Positions 38,072 to 53,037 of a stretch of DNA of 64,000 bases are shown one piece after another (position 1 is the stretch's first letter; every line of letters starts with the position of its first letter). The notes beneath the pieces were generated by a model. That model was not told the origin of the DNA. It made no database searches and was given only the letters and a program-made list of their open reading frames with translations. Both the position numbers and the translations under genes were made by a program. The stretch is from Octopus vulgaris. Lineage: Eukaryota. The stretch is from assembly GCA_951406725.2 (NCBI GenBank), contig OX597819.1:36890001-36954000 (forward strand), written 5' to 3'.

Positions 38072-39917
38072 TAATAAAAATAGATACAGTTAAGTTAGCA
38101 CCAAGTCCATCCTTTCAAGATCGAAATAACTATGAGTTAAGAAATGCTGACCACTAGGTAAAGAAAATTTAGATTAATTCGATTGGCTATTGGTTTGAAA
38201 TTTAAATCACAAAAGAAAATTATACGGTTGGTTAGTCAGGGAACGCCAATATTCACACACGCATCTACAGATCAATCGCACATACACACATAGTTATATG
38301 TATATACATACACTTATACACATACATAATCACAAGCAACAACTAGCACTTAGATAAACAAAAAGGGAAGCAAACTATGCTACTATTTAGTCCTTCAAAA
38401 TTATAACTGTGCCTCAATAACAAAAAGAGAACCATCCATGCATTCCATAAAATATTTAATTTAGATATAAATATATTTTTAAATATCAGTATGTTACTAA
38501 TTCAGATAATTATTTCATGGGTAACTTAAAATTTATAACACCGGTTTGTTGCAGAGTAAACATACGGTTGTTAGATTTATCGTAAGTTTGTTATGATTTT
38601 AAGTACGCTAAATTATAAAATATAAAATATAAAATATATATTAATTAAATATTATAAATAAGTCACTTATTAACTTAATAAATATAGTGCCATAATATAC
38701 CAGTTTAGGCATTAAAGAATAGAAGGGGAAGTATTAATGTAAACGCTTATGAGAACATCACAGAAATTTTAAATAAATTTTATATTATAAAGACTTAAGA
38801 TGAAAAGAGATAAAATAAATAAGAAGGAATAAATACGAAGGAATAAATACGGTTATACACATAATTATAAGTACAAACCAGTATATATGTATTCATATAT
38901 TATTAAAATTAAATAAAAATAAATGATAGATATGTATGTATAAAACTACCCCAGTATAAGTAAATAAGTAAAAAATAAATAGGTAACAAATTAGATGACT
39001 TGATATGTATGTAAACATCTACACTTAAATAGGCAAATAAATAAATAAATAGAAGACTAGATGCAAAGATTGATAATATTACAATAAAATGGAAAATAAA
39101 TAAAAAATAAATAAAGTGAATATATATGTTATATTGTTGAAAGTAAATATGTATGGAAGGATAGTTTAAAGTACAGATCCAGAGGACTATAGATATAAAC
39201 TAAATATATGAGGCTGGTAATAATTATAAAGCAAAATGCATGTAAATGAGAAAATGAAAAAAATGAAAAAGGTTTATCAGTGAATAGCATAAGATACAAA
39301 TTAAGGTGAGTACAAAAAGACCAAATATACAATAAAAACCTTCCAAATAAACACATACAAAAAACCTATAATCTCAACCTAAACCCACCAAACTCACAAA
39401 AGGCTCTCATACATTATATAATATACAATATCATTACATTATCCAGAGCTAGGTATCTAACCAAGATATATATATATACTATGCAATATACTATGCAATA
39501 TTGGAAAACTTCAAAAATCACACATTACAAGGCAAATACCAAAATGAATATGTTATTTTATGTCATATTGCATTTCTCTTAAAAAACAAACAAAAACCCA
39601 CATACAGAAAACAAGAAACCAATAATACTAGACACATCCATTAATTATTATACAAATGTAGCTATAAAAATTATAAAATTATAAAATGTATAAATTGTAT
39701 ACTTTAGGATTATAGAAGACCACAGGTATATTTAGTTAAAGAAGGGAATTAAAAAATAATAATAGTGGAAGTGCTAAGTTCTATTTGAATCTAGAAAAGG
39801 TGAACGGTAGCCTATGAATACAAAAGAAGTTTTTTTCATTAATGTTGTTAATAATTTGCCGACCCGCTTTAATAATGAAGAAAATTTCATTAATACATAG
39901 AGAGCATTTTTTATTTT
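37370..39917 (-). mobile_element. PLE remnant(s): GIY-YIG C-terminus, long AT-rich 3' region, hammerhead tail
   Basis: Minus strand [15 protein letters not shown]...[13 protein letters not shown]...* at ~39780-39917; a second CLLCN remnant at ~38545-38575; hammerhead at 37565-37672; (TA)n flanks. Confidence 0.65.
37565..37672 (-). ncRNA. Hammerhead ribozyme motif with long stem II
   Basis: CU-CUGAAGA-GGC...GCC-GAAAC-AGCU-GUC-AG; canonical core and GUC triplet. Confidence 0.7.
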
Positions 39918-40253
<336 letters not shown>

Positions 40254-40259
40254 ATACTT

Positions 40260-40752
40260 AGAAAAACTTAGAAAAGGTTTTGGCCAGTATTGGCCCAGGC
40301 CATGTCTAACTTAATAGCACCACCTAGCGAAACTTTCAATTCAGGATTTGGACACCGAGGCCCATTCGAGCAGAGAGTTATTGTTTGCGGAGACATATCC
40401 GGGTGTGGGTGGTTTGTCCGGGACTGTTTGAAGGAATTTGTCCAAAGACTTCTTGAATTTTGTGTGGTCAGTTTCTGTTTTGACGTGTCCTGGTGTAATG
40501 TTGAAGAGAGCGGGTCCAATTGAGGTGAAATAATTGTGCCATATTGTCGTTATGTGATGCGATTTAGATTTTTGTTGTGGACGGACGGCACGTGGTCCAA
40601 GCCTTGGATGTATTTTGAAGGTGATTCCAACATAATTCGGACAGTGCTGATGGAATATTTTCCACATCATACTGATAATGTAGCGTTCATGGCGTCGTTG
40701 GAGTGAATACAGTTTCAGTTTCTCGAGTCTACCCCAGTAGTCAAGGTCTGAC
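40260..40752 (-). mobile_element. CR1/L2-group LINE 3' end
   Basis: [21 protein letters not shown]...GPALFN...FKKSLDKFLQTVPDKP, a typical ORF2 C-terminus. Confidence 0.8.
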
Positions 40753-40803
<51 letters not shown>

Positions 40804-40908
40804 GACATACTTTTTTCTAACTTTCTATCATTCTATATGTATATATGTATATATATGCATATATATATACATCATATACACATATTATATAAGTCTGTAT
40901 ACATATAC

Positions 40909-40946
<38 letters not shown>

Positions 40947-40959
40947 GCATATATATATG

Positions 40960-41200
<241 letters not shown>

Positions 41201-41401
41201 ACTGAAACAATTTATACAAAAACACTTTGAGAAAAAAGTGATAAATTTTCATGAGCACAATTGGGTTATGTTGATTTAAAATTAATAACAATAAAATATG
41301 AGTTTTAGTCCCGTTATACATTGACTGCATGTTTCTTATGTTTATAGACTGACAGAGTTGACACTTGTCCCGTTAAAATTATAACCTCCCCAATATTAAA
41401 T

Positions 41402-42190
41402 TACATGGAAAAATGCGAGCAAGAGAAATAATATTCTTAAGATTATAAACCTGCAAAATTACAGGAGAAGTTACTACACTTGGAAAAGTTCAGGACAACT
41501 TATGACATCTGGTAAAGAACAGAACAAGAACATTTTTACTTAAAAATATCACAGCTAAGGATAACATTTCAAATAAAATATTTAGATTTAGAAAATATTA
41601 GCTTTTATGAAAACTAAAAATGTTATTATAAGTTATTACCTTTATTTGTTATTACTTAATACTTCTATCAAAATAAAAAATAACTCAAAATATTTTTTGC
41701 ACTTTAAAAAAGTTCATTTTTTAAATTATCAATTAATAATTAGAAATTAGAAAATAGGTTATAAAAAATAATAGTAGTAGATAATTAGTTAGTACAATAA
41801 ATAGAATAATACGAAAATTAGTTATATATTACAGTAAAATCTACGCATAACAACAAATTCACATTAAAATTTGCCTAACATTTATACTATTCTACATTGC
41901 ATAAAACGTTAGCTGTATTTGTACTTCTGACTCTCAGTTTTTAAGTATTCTAGTGTGTCAATATTTTAACAAAATGATGGTACGGTTTTTTTAATTATAA
42001 TGTTACTTTGTAAATTAAAATCAAATAATTTTAATGTTCAAATTTTATCCTTAGCTGCAATATTTTAAATAAAAATTTCTGTACTTTACCAGATGTAATA
42101 AGTTTTCCCGAACTTTTCCAAATGTAATAACTCGTCCTGTAATTTATAATCTTAAGAATATTATTTCTCTTGCTCACATTTTCCCATCTA
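41402..42190. mobile_element. Foldback/MITE-like element with ~115 bp inverted arms
   Basis: GAGCAAGAGAAATAATATTCTTAAGATTATAAA...CATCTGGTAAAG (41402-41523) is mirrored at 42077-42190. Confidence 0.7.
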
Positions 42191-42949
42191 ATCCATATTT
42201 TTTCCAGGGTATGCTATTATGCTAATTAACAATGTCAAATGTGCCAATTAACGGTGCCGTTGATAATTTTGTTCCTTACCTCAATGAGGCTGGTGACATA
42301 TATAAAATGTCCCATTAAAGAACTATATTCATAAAAATGTATAGAAGTATATTATCACCCTCAAATTTGAGAAACAGACACTCATAACTTTTTTCTTTTA
42401 AAACTTCATTGCATGAAATTGATACCATGACATTTTTCGAATTGAGCTCAATCATTTAAGCTTAATTAAAATATAGTTTGTTTTAGAATAAAAATAAATA
42501 GTTCATTATACTTAAATCCAACTTTTTGCCACACTTATATTTGTTTTCATAATGTTTTACCTCACAACTTTTTTTATACAAATTTTTGTTGCATAGGACC
42601 AAAACTATGAAATTTTCCATGCTTTCTTCTATCCTTGAAGCTAAGATAAACATAGTTTGCTTTGAAAATAAAAAAAAAGTTATTTAAATTTAAACTTGAT
42701 TGGTATCGTTACTTGCTCTCCTATAACGTAGCTTCAAATTTTGATGTAAACTTTTTTCTACTGGATCAAATCTCAATTTTCGTATGCCAAAATGAAGTTA
42801 GAGACCAATCCACTTCCAAAATGTTAATAGTGTTCAGTTTGGTTAAGAACTGGAACTGAGTTAGCGACAAACTCTGAAAGGTGCTGCGTGTGAGTAAAAT
42901 ACGGCCTTAAGAATATTATTCAACTACTACCGTAGTTGAATGATAGGCG

Positions 42950-43480
42950 TTTGTCATGATTTAAAGCTATTAATGCAGTTCGTCTTTCAAAACTCCTTCC
43001 AAATTTAATTTATTTTCGCACTGTTACACATGAAGTAGGAATAATCATGTTTTATAAAAGATTTGAATATAGATAAGGAAATATTGAACTACCTTTATCA
43101 TAAGTTTCTTGGCACCATGAGTCGATATTTTTAAAAAAAGCTGCTATTTTTATTAAACTACAAATCGGGGAACTGATGAAAGGTGTCGATTTTGACAACT
43201 GTGTTTAAAATTATGTTGAAAAGCTGGCAAGTATTTAAGAATGCTCTTCGAATCTTCAGTGAAGTGCGAAAGTTTGAGATATATAAAAAGATAGTTTAAA
43301 ACGATTGATAGATTTCATCATCTTCCATGTAAGAATAATGTAAAGATGAATCTTTCCATATAATCAATTTGACTATTTTCCAAGAAACGTTAACAAGAAC
43401 AGCTACTGAGCAAATTAAACGTTTACTGGCAGATGTATACTAAAGGCTAGTTGAAAATTAGTTTGGCAGATCATTTATTT
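42950..43480 (+). pseudogene. Highly decayed Chapaev3-like transposase remnant
   Basis: KKAAIFIKLQIGELMKGVDFD, WQVFK and FDYFPRN...EQ segments are collinear with motifs at 54900-56107. Confidence 0.45.
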
Positions 43481-43750
43481 CCGATGGTATTTGAAATGTA
43501 AAATATCCATTAGAAATATTATATATATTAGATTCGTATGTTTTATTATTTCCGTTGTAAACATATTTTGGGGGATTATATCGTATCATTTTAATTTTTA
43601 ATTAAACAGGAAACCGAAAGTTATTCACAGCATGAAGAACATTCAGAACAGCGTTAAAACTAAGTAGAATGAGATATATTTCCATTCAAAAGGTTTCCAA
43701 AGTGCAGACCGGTGCTCGGTGTGCTATTATTAGCCTATGTTTTATAGTTA

Positions 43751-43960
43751 AGGTGGCGAGCTGGCAGAATCGTTAGCACGCCGGGCTAAATGCTTAGAGG
43801 CATTTCGTTCGTCTTCACGTTCAGAGTTGAAATTCCGCTTAGGTCGACTTTGCCTTTCATCCTTTCGGAGTTGGTAAAATATGTACCAGTTGAGTACTGG
43901 GGTCGATGTAATCGACTAGTTCCTCCCCAAAATTTAAGGCTTTGTGCCTTTAGTAGAAAG
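43751..43960 (+). mobile_element. SINE family A variant with a different tail, followed by (TTA)n to 44175
   Basis: Same head and central domain as the other family A copies. Confidence 0.8.
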
Positions 43961-43961
43961 A

Positions 43962-44024
<63 letters not shown>

Positions 44025-44034
44025 GTTATTATTA

Positions 44035-44076
<42 letters not shown>

Positions 44077-44109
44077 TTATTATTATTATTATTATTATTG
44101 TTATTATTA

Positions 44110-44175
<66 letters not shown>

Positions 44176-44928
44176 GGAAGAATTAAAAATTGAAAATATT
44201 GTAAATAATTTTAGATATGCTGTGTACTTGTGCAAGCCTTCAGGTTTTTAGCATGTATTTGTCTACATATTGTATTAATCATTCCCGAAGCGTCGGCCCT
44301 TTTTTTTATTAAGCACCTTCACTCTGGTTTTCTCTGTTTCTATATCGTTGTATTTGGATACTTTCTCTAGTTCTTTTGGAGACCGTATTGTCGTATATTG
44401 GAACTCATTATGAGATATTTCTTTCCCTGTTGATAATAGTCAATTATATCAGATCAAAGTACTGTAATTTCCCTGTCTATGTGAATTGACACGCTCCAAG
44501 GAATAGTCGCTTGGCCATTTTTTGACAGCCTTTGTGGTAAATGTTGGAATAATCACTTCTCTGATGGATTTCTTTATTCTAGCCTAATTTCCTAAATTCA
44601 ATTCCGTGAAGCTCCTAATCGTTTGGCTAAAACTTGGAGATTTGGAAAGAAAAACAGAGTGACTTAAAAATACTAGGTGTACACAGCTCAAGCGGCAAAA
44701 ATTATAAAGCCATCATGTTTCATATTTTATGTATATATGCTGTTATCTTAGAGAACATCTCTTTAAAGACATGTTGTGTTAAAAGCACAATATATTTCGG
44801 AGCACCACAAACATCGTCTCAGCAGTGTCCCACGAGAATGTCTGATGCGCTTCGGTTGTCTTGTGTTTTGTCAATAATGTTTCCTCGCTAATCATATGTC
44901 TAGATGAAATATGTTCCCTCTGATGTAT

Positions 44929-45275
44929 CTAAAGACTCCGCCGGTTACGGCGACGAGGGTCCCAGCTGATACGATCAACGGAACAGCTTGCTCGTGAAAT
45001 TAACGTGCAAATGGCTGAGCATTCCACAGACACGTGTATCCTTAACGTAGTTCTCGGGGATAATCAGCGTGACACAGAGAGTGACAAGGCTGACCCTTTG
45101 AAATACAAGTACAACTCATTTTTGCCAGCTGAGTGGACTGGAGCAACGTGAAATAAAGTGTCTTGCTCAAGGACACAACGCGTCGCCGGGAATCGAACTC
45201 ACAACCTTACGATCATGAGCCGAATGCCCTAACCACTGAGCCGAATGCCCTAACCACTAAACCACGCGCCCTCAC
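44929..45275 (-). mobile_element. tRNA-derived SINE family C, full length
   Basis: A box (duplicated) and B box GAGTTCGATTCCC; 13 bp TSD CCCTCTGATGTAT at 44916-44928 and 45276-45288. Confidence 0.9.
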
Positions 45276-45446
45276 CCCTCTGATGTATAGGAAACAATGA
45301 ATAATATATTCACTTGTATTGCGGGTAGCCGCTGGGCTGAATAAAGATTCGATGTATGCGATTGAAACAGCCAAACAGCATAGAATTAAAATAACCATCA
45401 ATATATCATACTTGACATATATACACTGTTGACAGGTACGTTATTG

Positions 45447-45858
45447 CGGCGAGCTGGCAGATACATTAGCACGCCGGGCGAAATGCGTAGCCGTATTTCG
45501 TCTGCCGTTACGTTCTGGGTTCAAATTCCGCCGAGGTCGACTTTGCCTTTCATTCTTTCGGGGTCGATAAATTAAGTACCAGTTACACATTGGGGTCGAT
45601 GTAATCGACTTAATACATTTGTCTGTCCTTGTTTGTCCCCTCTATGTTTAGCCCCTTGTGGGTAGTAAAGAAATAGGCATTTCGTCTGTCTTTACATTCT
45701 GAGTTCAAATTCCGCCGAGGTCGACTTTGCCTTTCATTCTTTCGGGGTCGATAAATAAGTACCAGTTACACACTGGGGTCGATGTAGTCGACTTAATCCG
45801 TTTGTCTGTCCTTGTTTGTCCCCCTCTATGTTTAGCCCCTTGTGGGTAATAAACAAAT
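45447..45858 (+). mobile_element. SINE family A tandem dimer
   Basis: 13 bp TSD AGGTACGTTATTG at 45434-45446 and 45859-45871 encloses both monomers. Confidence 0.9.
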
Positions 45859-46229
45859 AGGTACGTTATTGTGGGTTTCTTTTTATCTGGAAATACTTCT
45901 GCATAGACATTCTCTGTCTTCCATTGCTTCTAATTCTTTATTTAAACCTTAGGATTATTTTCGTATTCAAAATTTTCATCCTTAGAATTTTCAGGTCTTG
46001 CAAGTTAATTATATTCCCCTTTATTCATATTTTAGCTTGTGCTGTTCTGGTTTGTATTTTCTTGGTCGGTATTCCGCAGTAGACTGGGATTTCGCATTGA
46101 TGAGGCTTTCTTATTTATTTCATTTGTTTTGCTTGCGCTAAATTTATCTTAACGATTCATGTTATCAAATTTTGTGCTTTATGTTTGTAAAGAACATTGT
46201 TTACATTTTGATTACTTACTTTTTTTTTT

Positions 46230-46447
46230 ACTTTTTACTTGTTTCAGTCATGTGACTGTGACCATGCTGGAGCACCGCCTTTAGTCGAGCAAATCGACCC
46301 CAGGACTTATTCTTTGTAAGCCTAGTACTTATTCTATCGGTCTCTTTTGCCGAACCGCTAAGTTACACACCAGCATCGGTTGTCAATCTATGTTGGGGGG
46401 GGGGGGGACAAACGCAGACACACAAACATATACACCTATCCCCCCCC

Positions 46448-46478
<31 letters not shown>

Positions 46479-46639
46479 TACGACAGGCTTCTTTCAGTTT
46501 CCGTCTACCAAATCCACTCACAAGGCTTTGGTCGGCCCGAGGCTATAGTAGAAGACAGCTGCCCAAGGTGCCACGCAGTGGGACTGAACCCGGAACCATG
46601 TAGTTGGTAAACAAGCTACTTACCACACAGCCACTCCTG
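46230..46639 (-). mobile_element. SINE family B, full length with internal microsatellite
   Basis: Head GGAGTGGCTGTGTGGTAA...GGTTCAGTCCC; tail GACTGAAACAAGTAAAAAG. Confidence 0.85.
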
Positions 46640-47507
46640 TTCATCATTATTTAGTTATGTTTTATTTCTTTTAGGTGCTCTATGGCTATATCTAAAAGAT
46701 TTTTTTTCTTTTCTTTTGAGAATGTATCTAGCTACTAAAGTAGCTAGTCTTATAAATTCTAAAGTTATTTTATGTTAGATATACATTTTCCAGATATTAT
46801 AGGCACGTGTAATAATTTGGGTTTATATTTTAGAACGTAACTGCAGAATGAGCATATAATGTAGGAAGATGTTCTTCTCATATCGATTTATACGTCTTCT
46901 GTTTTATTTGCGGGACATAAAGAAAAGCGTATAGCCCTTTACTTAGATTATCATTTTTTTACCATCGAGTTTACCATGTTAGTTTCTGGTGATGCAGAGA
47001 TTTCCACGCTCCATTTTTCGTACGTTTTACGTGTCAAATCGAAAGCACGCATTTTCTTATAACCGTGTATGAAATTTAAGTTATAACTAATTTATATTGT
47101 TTGCCATTTTTATTTGGAGGCGAGGATAAATCTACCTGGTGGCTATTTTGCCTTGTGTTCCGTTAGTGCATTTATATGTCATGGTTAGTCGACCATTAGT
47201 GCCAACATCGGTCGGAAATACATTATACATATATGAGAAAAAACGCAATGCAATCTTTGCTAACAAATTAAACTATTACCTAGTATCTTCGTCGTTTATT
47301 TTCTTCGGAGCAATGAAGTAGAGTTCTCTTTTGTTATTTACTCTCCGATATTATTTATATTATTCTGCCAGACCAGGTATCATGTCTTCGAATGTTGCGC
47401 TTGAAACAGATCTAACAATAGAACGAATTTGAAAACATAATGAACACTTTGAGATAAAGAAGCAAGTTTGAGTGTTACCCATTTGTTTTATGATGAATAT
47501 TTTATTT

Positions 47508-47734
47508 TTTTATTGCCCACAGAGGGATAAACATAGAGGGGACAAACAAGGACAGAGAAAGGGATTAAGTCGATTGCATCGACCCCAGTACGTAACTGGT
47601 ACTTAATTTATTGACCCCCGAAAGGATGAAAGGCAAAGTCGACCTCGGTGGAATTGGAACTCAGAACGTTACGGCAGACGAAATACCGCTAAACATTTCG
47701 CTCGGCGTGCTAACGTTTCTGCCAGTTCGCCGCC
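47508..47734 (-). mobile_element. SINE family A
   Basis: Reverse complement of the family A consensus. Confidence 0.85.
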
Positions 47735-48766
47735 TTTGAAAGAATGTTTTATAATGAATGTTTAGATCTATAAAATTATGCATCAAAATAGAAATAGAGA
47801 ATTTTATAAAGTCAAAATTATCCACGAAACCCACAAGTTATTATTGTTTTAGTTGTTATTATTCGCAGATGCGTTGTGGCCGAACGCTTCACAACCCCGA
47901 GGTTCTGGATTCGATCGTACTGTGTGGCATATTGAACAATAGTCATTTTCTAAAATCTCGAGAGGATCCTTACCTTGTGAGTGAAATTAGGCGGACGAAA
48001 GCTACAGAAAAGCTCTTTGGGTAGAAAGGACTTGTGATTCAAATTTACAACTTTGTCACATGCACTATGTTGTACTGATTCTGCCTCACAATTATGGTTA
48101 AGTGTACATGTATCTGGGAAATGCTCAGCCTCTTTCACATTAATTCAGGGGTAGGTGATTCAGTTGAGCTAACAACAGGATTCATTCTCGAGTGACTGGG
48201 AGCCACCCAGCTATCCTGTTGCGAGCTTTCACTGCACAACTGAACAAAACATTACCTCTCAGCGATCTGGATACGCACATATTTTTATATATTGTATTGT
48301 AATTCAGCTAAGTAATATATCTCCAGTGTCTGGTAAAGCTATTTTTATATACTGTATATGTGTTCTCCAGATACTGTTATTTTGGGTATTATCTCGGCTT
48401 TTATTCCACATTTTCTGGTTCTAAAACACACTTAAGTTGCTGGCTAAATGTTATATCGCTATTTATAAACAACATTCCGTTCTGTCGATACTGCTTTATG
48501 CTGTTGATTTCTCCCCTGCCATTGCTTTCAATTTGCTATTCTTCATTCACAAAATGTTCTTCTTCTCTCCGATTATGTTCCATTCTATTACTTCACATAC
48601 CTTAACTCATGCTCTTTTTCTTTAAATCCAATACCTAATGTCAACGTCGATGCCCATGTCCACTCTCTCCCCCTGTTTCTATTGCTATCTCAATTTCTGT
48701 TCCTGTTTCTCTCTGTCTTGCGCGCTCGATATGTGTGTGTGTGTGTGTGAGTGTGTGCGCGCGTGG

Positions 48767-49198
48767 GGATCTTTTCGGTTTGAACGGCAGTTTTTAACAT
48801 AATTTCTAGGTAACTAAAAAATTGTAAACTTCGTATACTGGTAGAATCTGTTTATAAAACATCTTTTTCTCTTGGCTTTTTGGGGAAAATTCTATAGTTT
48901 GTAAGATATTTGTTGTTGTTTTTCTTCAATTTCTGCAATTTCAACCAATCACTGACGTCCATTGAGGTAAAAAACATTCTGTTCCGTATGAATATGTCCC
49001 TCGTTTAAGAAACAGATTGGGTTTATTTACATTTGTGAAGAAAAAAAGATACCCTTCCCCCCAACCCTAACCCTAACCCTAACTAACCCTAACCCTAAAA
49101 CAGATTGAAATGCAATAGATCGATTCTAGGGTCATAATTATGGGTGACAATTCCATATGACACCGCTAGAAAAACTGCCGTTCAAACCGAAAATATCC
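48767..49198. mobile_element. MITE, second copy of the (CCCTAA)n-containing family
   Basis: Same TIRs and body as 21087-21547; perfect TSD GCGCGTGG (48759-48766 and 49199-49206). Confidence 0.92.
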
Positions 49199-50339
49199 GC
49201 GCGTGGTAAATGCAACTCTACAATATAGTATGTCATTGCTGTTTGTTTTTGTACTTTCTCCTACTACTTTCTTTTCTTGACACAACCGTTTTCTGCGTTG
49301 ATAACTTTCCCTTAGTGTTTTTAATTCCCTAATCCATTTATATTGCTCCTCCAATATTTCTAAATCTTTAGTCTAAAAATTATTTATTACCATTGTCTTC
49401 TTTCTCGTTCAACTTTGTCACTTTCGCCTACAGTTAATCTGCTTAATCTGTTGTTATTGTTAAAAGAAATTTGGACAGTCATCGGGCTCTATCACCTTTT
49501 CTCAGACACGCTTCTCTTCACTCTTGGGTCACGGAACACTAAGACTGGATGCCCACTACATAAACTGTTCTCGGGTGCTGAAAGGATTGGGCAATGCGGC
49601 TGTTAGAGCTCCTGTATTAACTTTCTATAAAGAACAAGTGACGGGGAAAAGCCACGATGCTTTATTAGAAACTCTGAAAGTTGACAAAGAATTAGCAGGT
49701 TTGTCTTTTCTGGAGAACTTTCGAGCTAGATACTGTAGAAAAATTCCAGAAACCTCTGCTACAGACGTGCATTTCAAGTTTCAGATGAACTCTACAGACA
49801 TTGAAATACCATCTGCCGACTTTGCCAGAAGATATGTGCAAAGCGACTAAAGCATCCTGTGCATATTCCTTCAGTATCCCCAGCCTTTTTAATAGATGGA
49901 ATTATGCTGAACAACTAATTTTCCGTGTAGAGCGCAAACCCAGCTGTCATCGAATCCACCGTGATAATCATTTCACTGTCTTCCTTTGACTAGGAAAGAC
50001 AGGCAGTTTTTCAGTCTGGTGGCGAAAGCGTAAGAAGCTGCATGTTAGGCTGAAGGCAGACAAAAATTTTCTTATCCAACCTTGCTTTATCACCTTCGTC
50101 GAACTCTTGAAATTCCTTTTGCGATGGAAGACGAGTATGAAGCAAAAGGTAATTAGATTAAATCTGGGTATGAGAGATGAGCATATTTGAAGTGAGAGGG
50201 CCTATTCTTAGCGTATACCTGTATACAGGGCAATATGTCTGGGAAACAACATGTATCCACGATAGTCTCAGTAATCCTAGACATATGGAATTCCATGACT
50301 GACCATTAGTGATAGACCTCCTCTTGCTGTTGTAATAAT

Positions 50340-51206
50340 GTTGTATATACTGTGTATATATTCAGGTAATCATTGCTGTCCATCTTACCATGCAGGGCAA
50401 CGATTGGATCAAGAGAATTTCAAGAAATGTCTGCCCAAACCATTACAGACCCTCCTCCATGCTTCACTGCAGGAAGAAGACAGTCAGGATTAAAAGCTTT
50501 CCCGGGCTGTCTCCACACATGCAATCACTCGGCAGTGGGGAAGCTTGCTTCCTAATCATATGGTTCCGCCCTGTAGTGGAGAAAAGTGAAAAACTGGACT
50601 CGTCGGAGAATATTACTTGCATCTATTGGTCTGACGACAAGCCCTTGTGATCTCTACACCAGTTTAGCCTTTTCTGAATGTTTTAGTGAGAAAGCAGGTT
50701 TGCTGATGGCGGCTTTTCCATGATATCCGCTTTATTGAGCTCACAGCAAACAATTTTGGTCGAAACTAGGCTAGGCAGTTGTTCGGTGATTTTTTATCAC
50801 AATACGATTCAACATTCGTCGGTCTCTTTCAGTGAGCTTCGAAATCCTGCCGAACTTACTCCTCCTGCTGGAGGTTTTGCCCTACTTCTCAAATTCAGTC
50901 ATGGTCCTTGATATGGTAGCTCTCTAAAAACCAAGGAGTTCAGCTGTTCTGGTGAAGGAAGCTCCTGCCATTCGAGCTCCAACAATTTTCCCTTCTTCGA
51001 ACTCAGTGAGATCCCGCATCTAAGCTTAATTCATACTACGATCTGAAAAAATGATATAAATATCCATTAAATTAGATAAATAAAACCATCTACGGTACAA
51101 AAAAAGAAACACTCTATGAAATTTGGGTAGATATTCGTAATATAATGGCTCATAGAAATATTGGCGTTAAATTTCTACTCTTCCAATTATTTTGTCCAAC
51201 CCCTGT
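50340..51206 (-). mobile_element. Tc1-family element, 5' part
   Basis: TA-CAGGGGTTGGACAAAATAAT terminus; VIFSDESSF, PDCLLPAVKHGGGSVMVW motifs with stops. Confidence 0.85.
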
Positions 51207-51407
51207 ATATATATATGTATACTAGTTTTGGGTAAAATGTTGAACGGTTTCAGTGAATACGTCTATTCTAGTTCTTATTCAGTCAGTCTCTTTTGCTGAA
51301 GTACTATTTTACGAAGATATAAACAAATTAAGGCCGGTTGTAAAGTGGTGGAAGAACAAACACTAATACACACATACATAGAATCATACACACACACACA
51401 CACACAC

Positions 51408-51518
<111 letters not shown>

Positions 51519-51846
51519 CAAAATAACAACAGATGAATAGTGGTTTACTCACTATAGATGTTCCAGACGTGTGTTTTTTTAATTTATGAAAAGAGTTATT
51601 GCATGAGGTGAAAAAAAAATTACATCAGGTGAATATAAGCACGAATTAAACATTTAGAAATACTTTCCGACGAAACCGAACATGAGCGATTTCATGATTC
51701 CCTGGCGAACTTCACTTGAATACTGAAATGCGATGGGCTTCCGCATAGTTCCCTTCTACCAAATTCACTAGGTTGGCCTGAGGTGATACCAGGAGATACA
51801 AAGTAACCTGAAACCATGTGGTTGCAGAGATTCTTAACCACATAAC

Positions 51847-51890
<44 letters not shown>

Positions 51891-51958
51891 CAGTAAATGG
51901 AGAAAACCTGAGACCAACAAGCACATCAATTGGACCACATTTATACGACGTAGCAAAT

Positions 51959-52068
51959 CTTACGGCTGTTTTCGCATCCTTTGCTGATAAATGTTTACAA
52001 ATAATTGAGAAAATAAAATTCTTCATCTTCATAGGACATTTGAATCAGGGCAAGATCCTTCATCAGAG
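51959..52068 (-). ncRNA. Degenerate hammerhead-like motif in a (TA)n-flanked PLE-like tail (~51888-52335)
   Basis: CU-CUGAUGA-A-GGAU...AUGC-GAAAAC-AGCC-GUA-AG. Confidence 0.45.
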
Positions 52069-52330
52069 TAAAACAAAAGCATCCAAAATAAACAAAAGGG
52101 AGAAGGAATAGGAAAGAAAATATGGCCTAGAAAAAAGGTCAAGAAGTCCAAAATATCAAAAGTATATAATCTACCCTCTTAGGGCTATGAAGTCTGTAGG
52201 TAAGAGAGTGAACTAGTTCTGGTCTAGGGACCATAAAATAATTTACGGGTAATTCCAATATAAAGGAAGAATCAAGATGTTTTAAAAGTTATGAAAAGAA
52301 ATTAGGCTTTTTAGGCTATATTAACTACTA

Positions 52331-52394
<64 letters not shown>

Positions 52395-53037
52395 CGTTGT
52401 TTATTTAAAAGCAAGAGTGTACTGATAAACGTTATATCTGTTTGCGATTCCAACTATATAAGAACAAAAGCAGAATATTTCCACTCATTTAAAGTTAAGT
52501 TTAACACAAACATCTTTAATTAACGTAACGAAATTACACAGGTCAACAAGTAATTTTAATCATAGTTGTTTTTACTTTATAATCAGTCTGAAAATTTTGG
52601 CATTAATTATGAGAGTAGTTTTAGCACATATATATTTGGACATGTGACCAATTGTTTATTGGTTCATTGCCTATTTTATAATTTAAAGATAAGATTCAAC
52701 TTAAGTGTTTTATATTCCCATTTATGTATTTACTCGGAAATGCATACATATAATGGTCCATCTGTTATATAGTGAACATGAACATATTTCTTTTCAATTA
52801 GGATTATTCAATATCCTAGAAGAACAATTGATATACCGACCGAATATATAAATCGACCAGATTTAAAAAACATTTTTGGCTGTTTTTGAGATCTGTGGTA
52901 CCTTCACAGTATTTCAACAGCGATTTATTAAATCTTATTGATAAAATCTATAGACTGGCTGCCAACTATTTATACATGCACGCACTTATACATATATATA
53001 TGTTATAAATATACTATAATATTATAGTGTATATATA

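Larger units (their letters stand above)
44200..47400 (-). mobile_element. Old Dong/R4-like element fragmented by SINE insertions
   Basis: Minus strand remnants TIPWSVSIHIDREIT and ELEKVSKYNDIE near 44330-44560 match the RLE region; 3' end next to (TAA)n. Upstream extent is uncertain. Confidence 0.45.

Noticed and set aside
49524-49850. 108-aa non-repetitive ORF as a host exon
   Set aside because: No recognisable domain, a non-ATG start and no supported splice context; it would need BLAST or RNA-seq.
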